A stretch of DNA of 63,762 nt, counting the filler, from Bigelowiella natans CCMP2755 (taxonomy: Eukaryota > Protista > Cercozoa), in the NCBI GenBank assembly GCA_000320545.1. It is 10 parts of 10 records of this genome, joined end to end, with 100 filler letters (N's around TTAATTAATTAA, not from the genome) between each part and the next. Parts side by side here need not be neighbours in the genome. Positions count along the whole stretch, not along the records: positions 52,071 to 60,840 come from ADNK01000600.1; positions 60,941 to 62,468 come from ADNK01000682.1; positions 62,569 to 63,762 come from ADNK01002899.1; 7 more parts are not named here. The stretch is one strand, 5' to 3'. Numbering within the stretch: the stretch's first letter is position 1; every line of letters begins with the position of its first letter. Of the stretch, positions 53,164 through 63,762 are shown one piece after another. The translations under genes and the position numbers were made by a program. The notes below the pieces were generated by a model. The model saw nothing but the letters and a program-made list of their open reading frames with translations. It had not been told where the DNA came from and did no database searches.

Positions 53164-55555
53164 TCCTCGTTTGTTCGTCGGCCTCTCTTCTGTGGGGAGC
53201 GGGAGGGGTTGGCAGCAAAGATCGACAACGATGATTTGCTTCGGGTGAGATTCCTCCTGCTGCTTGTAGCGGTCGGCTCTGCTTCCTCTCCGTCTCCATC
53301 CTCCCCTCTCACGACTGCTTGGGTGTCTGCCGTTGTCGCGCTGCTGCGGGAGGGGCCTGAGGACTGCTCGTCGGGGTCATCCTGAGGGTGGGGGGGAGGG
53401 GACGGCGCCCGTGTGCTCTTCGACAGCGCAGTCGACGCCGCCGTTGCTGGCGTCTTCTTGCTGGGCGTCGGCGTCCTCTCAAGATTGCTCGCCGCCAAAG
53501 CCGCCGCAACGTGCGGCGGCGGCCCCAGCCATTCGAGGAAGGTGCTGACGGCCGGCTCATCGTCCACTTGAGGCACGTCAAACTGGAACTGCCGCCACCG
53601 CCGCTGCCGCTGCTGCTGCTGCTGCTGCAGAGGGTAGTGGTCGCGTATCGCACGCTCGATGTCAACGCAGCGGGAGACTCTTTTCTGCACGGCAGTCTTT
53701 CCAATCAGCCGTGTCAGTGGTGTGTACGTCATATGAACGAGCACTGCAAGTTGGCCTCTGTCGAGCCGCGTCGTCTTCTTCGCCCGACGCCCTCCCCTGT
53801 TGTCTCCCCCCCCTCCCCCGTCCCCTCCTCCCCCCTCTCCGTGGCTGCTGCTGCTGGTATTGATCTCGTGGAGGAGGCACTGGAGGAAGGCGGAGAGCTG
53901 CGGAAGGAGTTTCCTCTCGATATCACGCCTACTCGACACTCTAAATGCCTCAACAATGCTCATGCTGGCCGCCGCTGAGTTCGCAGCAGCAGCAGCAGCA
54001 GGAGTGGCACTCCCCCCCCCCGCTGCGTTTTTGCTGCCGCCGCCGCGGCCGCTGAGCGTGTTGATGTGCTTTGCGATGTTGAAACTCTGCACGATCTTGT
54101 TGCGGGCCAACTTCGACAGGAAGGAGGCCTGTTGTTTGGGAGCGGGAGAAGCTGCTGCTGATAACAACGATGGGAGCGATGAAGTTGCGGCTGGGGCACG
54201 AGAAGTTGGGGAGGAGTACCGCTTGTTTTTTTGGCCAACAGCCTTATCTGCAGGGGTGCCAGTAGCGACAGCAGCAGAAGCAGCCTGTTGTGCATGTGCC
54301 GCTCGCTGCCTCTTCTGCTCGTCGCGCACGAACATGTAGCTAATGTTGGCGATGGCTGTGACGGCCAGGGCGATCGGCAGCAGGTTCTCTCGACAAAGAA
54401 CGAGGCCCCGAACCACGATCTCCGGGGGGGGGCTGTTGCCCTGCTGCTGTGCGAGTAAGGCGGCGCCGCCGGTGGTGCTATTGGTCGCCACAGGCGCTGT
54501 CATCGAGCACTTGATCACGGGCAGGATGCGCGTGAGAGCGAAGGGCCCGAAGAGCCACGCTCTGCAGTGGTAGAGTCGCACAAGCTTCCTCTGGATAAAG
54601 TGAATGATAAGCCGCACCGACGCGCACAGCTCCCGACGCTGCTGTACCATAACCCTGCGCGTAACAGCGGCTGGCTTCGCGCCTCCTCTCCCCCCCCTTG
54701 CCGCCATCGCCGCCGCTGCTGCATCGTTAGATGCTACATCCCCCGCCACTTCTCCTCCTCCTGCCTTGCCCCCCACAGCTAACATCGGGCGTCGGCTGCG
54801 CTCTTCGTCCTCTACTAGGTTCAGGAAGGGGAATGCGGCGAAAAGCCGCTCCCTCTGCGCCTTTGTTTCCTGGGAAAACTCGTGTTGCTCTCCTCCTCCT
54901 CCTCCTCCTCCTCCTCCTCCTCTCGCGGATTGCGATGGCGGGGTAATCATCGTCTTCGACGAACCAGCTGCATGCGTTGTCGTCGTCGGTGCTTTCTCGC
55001 TTCCAGGCTCGTCGAGATCTCCTAAGGCGGACGGGGAAACAAGCATTCCCCCATTGTCGTTGTTCCTCTTGTCGCGGCCATCGTTTGCCGAGGCAGAAGG
55101 CGGGGGCAGTTTCGACGTCGATGACGAGGATGATAATGATGACGACGACGCGGCAGGAGCAGCAATGGCAGCAGTAGCCGGAGTAGCAGCAGCAGCAGCC
55201 GTGCTGTTACTGCTACCAGTCTTCTCGCGAGCTCCGATTACAGCCTGCGTGAGTACCTTGGTCTCCTCGGAACAGAGACTGGAGATGTTACTGACAAGCA
55301 GTTCCACGATGAGCGGGATGACTACCGTGTTCAGCGTGGCGCCGTCAAGGCTGCTAGAGATCTTGGAAATCGTGTAGCAAGGGTCAACGGACCACGCCTC
55401 CGTGACCATGCAAAACAGCGGGCGGATCAGGTAGGAGCACACCAGCTGGTTGTGCTGCATGCTGTCGCTCGCAGTGCTGGCGAGGTGGGAAAGGACACGA
55501 AACGCTTTCTGCGAGACATGGCGGGCTCTCAGCATCGCGGCTTCATGTGCTTGTA

Positions 55556-55597
<42 letters not shown>

Positions 55598-58500
55598 GAT
55601 CTGGGTTTCCATCCTTCTTCTCGTCGCCGCCCATCTCTCGGCTGTTAGCCCGGAGGAGCTGGAGGAGGGCGGCGTCCTCTTTGCACGAGTGCTTCAGAGA
55701 GGTCGCTGCGTCGATGAGGAGGGGGATGTAGCACTCCGCTACGACCTTGGACGGCAGGCAGTGGAAGAAGCTCCTGCATAGATTTAGGGAGACAATCTTG
55801 CTCACAAGGATCCAATCATCCTCGCCACCCACCTCGGCTGATGCTCCCCCCCCTCCTCCTCCTCTTTTCCCTGCTGATGGTGATGCTCCTGCTGCTGCCT
55901 TGTCGGTGGAAGCTGATGAGTGCGCGGCCCCATCGCAGCCATATGCCATCATCCCCCCGCCCTTATTCTTCCTCTTCTTCTTCTTCCTCTTGTCCACGCT
56001 GCTAGCGTACGCCTGCACCGTAGTGCGGCACCGCCTGAAGACGGAGATCAGGAATGGGACCACGCGCTCCTTCATGTGCGTGTTATGCATGGAGAGGATC
56101 ACAAGGCTCAGCAGCTCTCCGGACGACTTCGTGAAGGATCTGAACTTCCGCTCGTCGAAGAAGGAGCCGGTGCTACCCGCCCCTCCGTGATTGGGGATGC
56201 CGCCTCCCAATTCCCGCGGCGTCGTCTCCTCCTCCTCGACGGTGTGGAAGATCAGATTTATGCAGTACGGCGCGACCAAAGAGATGCAGCGCCCCGGATC
56301 CCTCCCCCACCGCGCCTCCTCGGACAAGAGGAAGGGGGCGGTCTTTCGGAGGCGGGACAACGTGTCGCGCACGATGGAGATCTGATCTCGCATTCCCCTC
56401 GCAAGTCGAAGCCGGGAATCGATCATGCAGATGATTCCGTCAACTTTCTCCAGAGCGCCACGCAGAGGGAAGAGGTCATCTGTGCCCGCAAGCAGGCTCA
56501 TCAGAGCGTGCGGTCGCCGCCGAGCAAGTGCTCGAATACGCTTGGCCTTTATCTCGCATACACCGTCTGCCCCTCCTCCTCCTCCTCCTCCTCCACCTCC
56601 TCCTCCTTCTATCAGACCGAGAAGGGAGGTGCTGTCGCCCTGGCTGAAGCTTCGAGTAGTGTCCCCATGTTCAGCAGCACGCCCCCTCTGTCCCCCTCCT
56701 CCTCCCTCCTCCCGGGCTAGTTGTACTAAGGTTTGCACGATCGTCCGGAATGATGCCGGGATGTGATCCATGTTTGGTGGAGAATATGAAGGGGGGGAGG
56801 AGGAGGAGGAGGAGGAGGAGGAGGACCCTGCAGCAGCAGCAGAACTATTCGTAGCGGAGTTTCGGCCGCCATTCCTACCGCGATCGTTGGCGTGAGATGA
56901 GGGGTGTGCGCTTTTCTTCGTAGTGCTGCTGCTACACGAGTGGACGGTGACGGAGTTGAACAGCGGCCTGATCGGCGCGTCCGTATTGCCGTCTAATCGC
57001 GTCCGCATAGACCTTCTCGTCCTTTGCTCTCGCCGCCGCCTCCTGCTCGCTGCTGCCGCCGCTGCAGCCGCTGCTGCTGATGACGAAGAGGAATGCTTCC
57101 CCCCAGCCCCCGTCCCCGCTGCAGCAGCGGCGACGGCCGCCATCGCCTTAGAGTCGTATATCATCGTTGCCGTTGCCGCCTTCACATCAGCTTCGCTGCG
57201 GTGAAGATGCTGCTGCTGGTGGTGGTTCTGCTCTACCAGGCCGCCACCATTCCCCCCCCCACTGCTCCTCTGATCCAGGCCAACGACGCCTCCAGCTGTG
57301 CTTATCTTGCCTTGCTGGCTTAGCTGCCCTGCCAGCGGCGAGGACGCACTGGGCGCGCCCGTGGCGTTACTACTTCTAGTTTTCACAGTTTTCTGTCCAT
57401 TGTCGTGCGTGGTATCATTGCGATATCCAAGGAGGAGATGGTCGTCATCGTCATCGTCATTGTCGTAGTTGCCGTAGTTGTCATCGTGGTCGTCGTCGTC
57501 GTCTTCGTCATCGATAGCACTGAAGAATCCATCGTGGTAACTTTCCTTGCCAACATCGCCGCCTTCATCTTGGTAGTACCCGTCGTCGTCGTCGTCGTCA
57601 TCCGTGATGCTGCCGCCCCCATTATTCTCGAATTGGTGGAATTCGTCATCTTTCGCATCATGCGATCTGTCGCCATTGCTATTATGGCATTTTAGGTTGC
57701 TGTTCTTGTACATATCAGCACGTTCATGTTGCCCGCCGCGGCGGCCGCTTCCCATAGCGGTCGCCTGACCGCTCCCCCCCCCCCCCCTTTGCCTCCGTTT
57801 CTCTTGTCTCGCCAAACAAGCGAAGAGATCGGACACCAAGCACGCCGCACCGAACCAGTCGTCCCGTACAACGTCTAGAAAGCGATGGCCAGGTCTGCCC
57901 CCCCCCTCACGCTCGCCGTTGCTACCTTTTTCGCTACTGCTGCTGCTGCTGCTACTGCTGGTAGTGGTGATATCCCCCCCCGCGCCACCGGTCAGCCGAT
58001 AGGAAGGGTAGAGCGCAACGAAGTGAGTGGCGAACGACATCGCCTGCTGGTACTCTGAAACTGCTGCCGACACGCTGCTCGAGCGATGGCTGCTGCTGCT
58101 GTTCCCTCGTCCATGAGGGGGGGGGAATAGGAAAGAAGGACCTTGCCGCCGCCGCCGCTGCCGCTGCTGCTGCTGCGGCTCACTCCTTCTCCTGTTCCTC
58201 ATACTCCTTCCCCCACTCGTACTCGTCACCATCCGGGGGGGGTGAGGGAGGGAAAAGAGCTGCACGTACCCGGAGGGTCTGCCGCCGTCAGCGAGGGGAA
58301 GCCAGTAGTGCCTAGCAGCACGAAGAACCACATTACGAGATCGCACCGCCGCCCGGCCAGACAGCTTGTACCCGAACGTGAGATCGATCCAGTGATGAAG
58401 CTGCGAAGATACGCGGTGTGACTCCAGCAGCGAGCGATGATACTTTACGAAGGCTCGCGCGTTCGGCGTGAACGGCGGAAGCTTTATGTCTAGGAGCCCC

Positions 58501-58606
58501 CGACCTGAGAATGGCAGGGCGGAAGGTTATAGATGGCGGCAGCATTGCCAAGCATGAGGACGACATCGTATCATATTCCCGATTTGTGTGTATGTGTGTG
58601 TGGGTA

Positions 58607-58645
<39 letters not shown>

Positions 58646-59221
58646 CAGTGGATGATGATGGTGATGATAACGACGACAACGACAACGACGATGACAACAA
58701 TAGCGATGATGGTGCGAATACAAAAACCGACGGTATATCCATGAACAAGCATGGTTTTCAAAAGCAACGTTGCATCTAGCTGCCACTACCATGCAAGCTT
58801 ATTTTTGCTTACTACTGGCTAGGGCAAGCAGAAGTAGGGGGGGTGGTGGGGGGGGGATAGGATTACAACCGATGTGCTTCGACTTAAAGACACTTGGATC
58901 GTCGTAGAACTCCGGGATGCACTCATCCGGAGTCCAGTGGTACATCTGCTGAATCGACGAAGGGTACTCATTTGGCTCGAAGTGCTGCCGAACAACACGT
59001 GTCAGGATGGAGATGGGGGTCCGCCTGGCCTTGTATACGAAGAACGTCACATCTGAAAGCGCCTCGGTGACGTGGTGGGGCGGGGGAAGCTCGTAGTCCG
59101 ACATCATCATGGCCGCGTGGTTGTGGTGGATGTGGCTCCCAGAGAACGTCATGTCGAGCTGCATATCGCCTTTCTTCAGTCGAAACTTTGTCTTTGCTAG
59201 GTCCCTCCAGTGCTGCTCCTG

Positions 59222-59261
<40 letters not shown>

Positions 59262-62246
59262 CTCTGAAGGCGAAAACGGTGATGGCGATGACGATGGCGG
59301 CGAGTATCGTTGTTGATGCCGGTATTCAGTCTCTCCTCTTTTTTTCCTGCCCCTCTTCTATCCACAACATCCTCATCATCGTCCTCCTCGTCACCCTCAC
59401 TGTCTTCCTCCTCTTCCTCCTCCTCCTCCTCCTCCTCCTCCTCTTTCGTACTCAGATCGGATACCCACGGCACGACGGGGTGATAGGCGCCACCGCTGCT
59501 CCGATTTCTGCCGGCGAGTCGGTTGAGCTCCAGCAGGTAGTCCAAGTTACTCATGCGACCGCTGCTCCACCGGAAGAACGCGCTGTCCCTATAGGAGGAG
59601 GGAGGAGGAGGAGGAGGAGGAGGACCAGCGGGATAACTACGACTACCAGCACTATTTCTGCTGCTACAATCGTCACTCTTCTTGCCGTCTACTCTGCAAA
59701 TATCGCCTCCTCCATTTTGCGGGTATTCGTCGTCGTCGTCGTCTTCTCGCCCTCCCCTTTTCTCCCGCTCCTCTTTCTCGCCCTCCGCCGCGGTCGCAGC
59801 GTCGTGGCCTCTCACCGCTGTCGAGCCCCCCCTCCTTCCTCTGTTGAAGTCGAAGCCGCAGAGCCTGAGGAATAGGAGGTTGGATAAGCTAATGGTGCCG
59901 GGACGCAGATTGCCGTGCGGGACGCCGTGGTTGTGTGCGTGTCCCAACGCCTTGAACAATTGGTACAGCACGAACAGCACATTGATCTCCGAATCCTGTT
60001 GGAAAGGGGGGGGGGGGGGGGGAATACACATATTGGTACTGCTGCGGCTACTGCTGTCAATCTATTACTGCTGGAACAGCGAACTACTACTACTACAACT
60101 ACAACTACTACTACTACTACTACTACTACTACGCTGTTTATTACCAGGATTTGCTCATCGAAGCGCAGCCAGCACTGCAACGAGTAATTGTATTGCTGGA
60201 ATCTACCGTAGTCGTGCAGAGCAGCAGCATTCATCGCAGATGACAACGATGATGAGGAGGAGGAAGAGGAGAACGTGGAGGAAGATGCAGCTCCTTCCTC
60301 GTCGTCTGGGGAAGAAGCGGATGCTGCCCCAGCAGCGGCGATTCGATCCTCCTTGTCATTCTCCCCTTCCTCTTTCACCACCTCCTCCTCCTCCTCCTCC
60401 TCCTCCTCCCCAATGGACAGCCCTCGCACGCCGAGCAGCGATGTTGAACGCAGCGCCACGGGGTGATGGCGTAGTGGCTCCTGATTTGGTTAGGAATTCC
60501 GTAAGGAAATAGTGAGACAGGGAGAGAGGGGGAGAGGGGGGGGGGGGGGGGGAAGAAAATAAAAGAGCACTATGGTTTATCCATCTTCTACTACAAACAG
60601 CCTCATTATAATCATCTTCTTCTCTTACATTTTGACATATTAATTCACTTATATTGATTACAACATGATCATCATCATCATATTGCCTTCTTTCTTTGAC
60701 ATCAATGTATCTTCTTCTTTATTCAAAAACACAATACAATAAATATATAGCATAAAGAACCACCTGAAACATAAAAGAATGGCCCTGTCCTTGTGACCTT
60801 TACGTAATCATACAAATAACTTTTGCCCTAATAGGTATGTNNNNNNNNNNNNNNNNNNNNNNNNNNNNNNNNNNNNNNNNNNNNTTAATTAATTAANNNN
60901 NNNNNNNNNNNNNNNNNNNNNNNNNNNNNNNNNNNNNNNNGTTTCGTCGCTCTCTCGCTCTCTCTCTCTCTCTCCCTCTTACCCCCCCCCCTCCCCTCTC
61001 TCTCCTATGAGACAGTTCGTTCGCTGCCTCTCACCATCGGTCCTAGGGTCGCCAGACACAGGGGTTCCCACGCAATCGGCCACATTCCAGATGTTCTTCT
61101 CGACAGAGCCGGAGTCGATCTTTCTGTACTGAAACGACCTGTAGCGTGACGCGTAATGTTGGACCGATAAATTACAAAGAGTCGCAGTACATTTCATCCC
61201 CCCCCCCCCCCCCCCCCCCGCCCTGCCTCTCTATCTCCCAGTTCTTCTGCGCACCATTGTGATGAGCTGTGGTACTCGTTGAAACACTTTTCGAGCCGTA
61301 CATAGATGTCGCGGATAGCATACGTGCAATCGACGTCCGCATATTGCCTTTTAATTATTTTTGGCAAACAAGGGGGAAAAGGCGGAAAGTCCTTCATCAA
61401 AGCTGTTGGTTAGTTATCGCTGATGCCAGGATCACATGTCCCCCCGGACTCTCTGCTACAACTCGTGCGCCCCCCCTCCCCCCCCTCACCTGAGCTTTAT
61501 CCACGTGGTCGCCACAGGGCTCATAGTCGTCACTAAAATACGAGCAAGATATACCGCAGAGAAGGTTGGGAGGGTACGAGTGAAAGAGTGAATTAATACA
61601 TATTAATATACACACGTTTCTTACAAACACAAAAACACACACCCACATACGCGCGCGCGCGTGCATTCTCCACCTGCAGGAGCTTGGACGGGGCTGCCTG
61701 TCGGCTCTGGCCCGGTGGTGTAGGAGACACTTCGCAGCTTGGGGGGATTGAAGGAGTCAATCGTGTATATCTGCGTCCGTGGATTGCCCGTAAACTGAAT
61801 GGCGGCGCGCGCGTCCAGCGACAACAAAAGCGGCAAACGGGGCACAAGACAAAAAAATACACAACGCGAAAACAAAGAGTCAACGCATGGTCACGCAGGT
61901 TGGGAGGGACGGCTTCTGATATGCTCTGCTGCGGCTGCTGCGGCTGCTTTCCTCTGTCCTCCGCTGGCGCTGCCCACAACTCTCATATATGTACTACCAC
62001 GCCCTTCTGTAGACACCTGACACATCATGCATACTGCTACGTGTAGTATTATAACTGCTGCTGCTGTAACGACTTCACCTGCAGCGCCATGGCCCCAGTT
62101 GTGAATACGGCGTTGGTGCCCCAACCTGTGGACACACAGCGATTCCAATCACGCGCCATCGACGTGCACACACGCACGCACGCACATGTACACGCGTACT
62201 TGTGCTCGTACGTGCGTGCGCATCTATATTGTGTTGTGCGCTTGTG

Positions 62247-62279
<33 letters not shown>

Positions 62280-62400
62280 CAGCACAGGACAGAAAGGAGG
62301 GGGTCTGCCATTTCTGCCAGACATTTGCTTGCCCGTTATCGATTTTTCATCTTGGCGGGTTTTGACGCCGACTTTGGAAGAATAAGTGCCCAAAGCCAGA
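52320..62400 (-). CDS. WDR81/GFS12-like BEACH-domain protein with pseudokinase-like segment; WD40 C-terminus truncated at gap
   Basis: FVLYQLFKAL.HAH..GVPHGNLRP, WSSGRMSNLDYLLELNRLAGR, YHPVVPWV, RDLAKTKFRLKKGDMQLD, PHHV, WTPDECIPEFY and QLHHWIDLTFGYKLSG, followed by a ~6-kb low-complexity exon. 5' limit approximate. Confidence 0.85.
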
Positions 62401-62635
62401 AACACGCCCGCCAAACCCCTCCCACCACCACCACCACCACCACCATCTATCTCTCTCTATATTTTACANNNNNNNNNNNNNNNNNNNNNNNNNNNNNNNN
62501 NNNNNNNNNNNNTTAATTAATTAANNNNNNNNNNNNNNNNNNNNNNNNNNNNNNNNNNNNNNNNNNNNCTGGGAAGGTACGGAAGACACGTGGGGAGCTC
62601 CCTCGCCTCCCCCCCCCCCCCTCCCTCCTCCTCAG

Positions 62636-63689
62636 GTTGCCAAGTGCCAACTCGAGCGCAAGGCCAATCAAAGCGAAGCGAAGTACCAGGAGGAGGTTCA
62701 ACTCCGCCTGAAAGAAGGCCAGAAAATCAATCAGTCCCTCCTCGCACTCGGGGCGGTCATCTTCGCGCTCGCGGAGAAACGAGGGAAGAAGAAAACACAC
62801 GTGCCTTACCGCAACTCCAAGCTCACGCGGCTGCTTCAGAACTGCATTGGCGGTAACGCGCGTACGTCGATGATTGTGTGCTGCTCTCCCTCAAGCTTCA
62901 ATGCAATGGAGACGCTCTCTACTCTGCGGTACTGCCATGTGATAGACGCAATTCGTCGGTGCATACGTGAGCGCCGTGGGGTGTGTTTTTCTCTTAAAAT
63001 GCGAAATATCCGCATAAGAGAAGACTACAGCAGCATTCGCGGCTGCGGTACTGAGGGTTTATTAGCCATTGCATCTTCCTTTGATTTAATGCTATTGGTA
63101 ATATTTATAATAAGTCCTCTTCCCCCTCCACCCCCCCCCTCCCCCCCCTGCAGGTTTGGGAATCGAGCTTCTCTAATCAAGAACACGCCGAAAGTTAATC
63201 AATACTTCTCCGTAAAGCAGCTAAAGGCCATGCTCAAGGCTGCGACGCAAGAGAACCGTCGCCTGAAGGAAAAACTGTATAAGGTGTCCAAAACCATCGT
63301 GTTAATGGAACTTAATTAAGACAAATTATATATGTATACTCTATATATATCAATATATATATATATTAATATATATATATATATATTAATATATAATATT
63401 ATATACGTTTGTGTGTGTGTGTGTGTGTGTGTGTAGTTCTCATCGTCCTAACATCGTCGTTTCGCGTGATTATCTACCGTGTTTTTCCCAGGCGCATAGC
63501 GAGCTCAAGGTAATGCAGGAGATTCAGCTTTTCGAGGCCGCAGTTGACGGGGAGGGGAGGGGGAGGCATCGCGATTCGCCGGGGGGGGGGGGGGATACGA
63601 AGGAATCAAAGATGGCGAGCGAAGGTAAAGGTCAAAACGGTAGTTGTGAGTCTAGAGCCCCTGAGTTTGTACGTGTCAGAGGTTTATGA
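62636..63689 (+). CDS. Kinesin motor-domain C-terminal part and neck (kinesin-1-like); partial
   Basis: [58 protein letters not shown]|FGNRA, then coiled coil. Confidence 0.9.
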
Positions 63690-63762
63690 AAGAGTTTTAG
63701 ATTATTGTATAATATTCAAATATAAATGAATATATGCAAATTGATATCATTGATTGCATGCA

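Noticed and set aside
52395-60512. Long + strand ORFs overlapping the BEACH gene (e.g. 54604-55377, 55920-56720, 59682-60512)
   Set aside because: Antisense shadows of GC-rich, triplet-repeat coding sequence.

Overview
Eukaryotic nuclear scaffold with dense GT-AG introns that are full of microsatellites. Nine 100-bp N/TTAATTAATTAA/N linkers mark gaps of unknown size. A plastid ribosomal protein S6 with a signal-peptide + transit-peptide leader shows a secondary-plastid alga, most consistent with a chlorarachniophyte (inference). Recognisable genes: PDAT, a peroxisomal ABCD transporter, a histone H3 variant, casein kinase 1, UGGT (5' part), a SNF2/RAD5-like ATPase, a PP2A scaffold-like subunit, a DMT/EamA transporter, a CHORD-CS co-chaperone, a protein ending in a PHF5-like zinc knot, plastid rps6, a WDR81-like BEACH protein and a kinesin. 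Four main discoveries. (1) A head-to-head pair in which a histone H3 variant (tail rebuilt from tandem GKS repeats) and an HGD-type CK1 both carry signal-peptide-like leaders, a candidate host-encoded chromatin module for the nucleomorph/periplastid compartment. (2) A leader-bearing NudC-N/CHORD/CS chimera with a ubiquitin-like LRLRGG motif. (3) Intergenic tracts of 0.5-1.2 kb almost free of the TA dinucleotide, with survivors only in CTA/TAG context, suggesting a RIP-like A-to-G hypermutation process. (4) An AT-rich virus-like insertion. All gene models and dinucleotide counts were made by eye.
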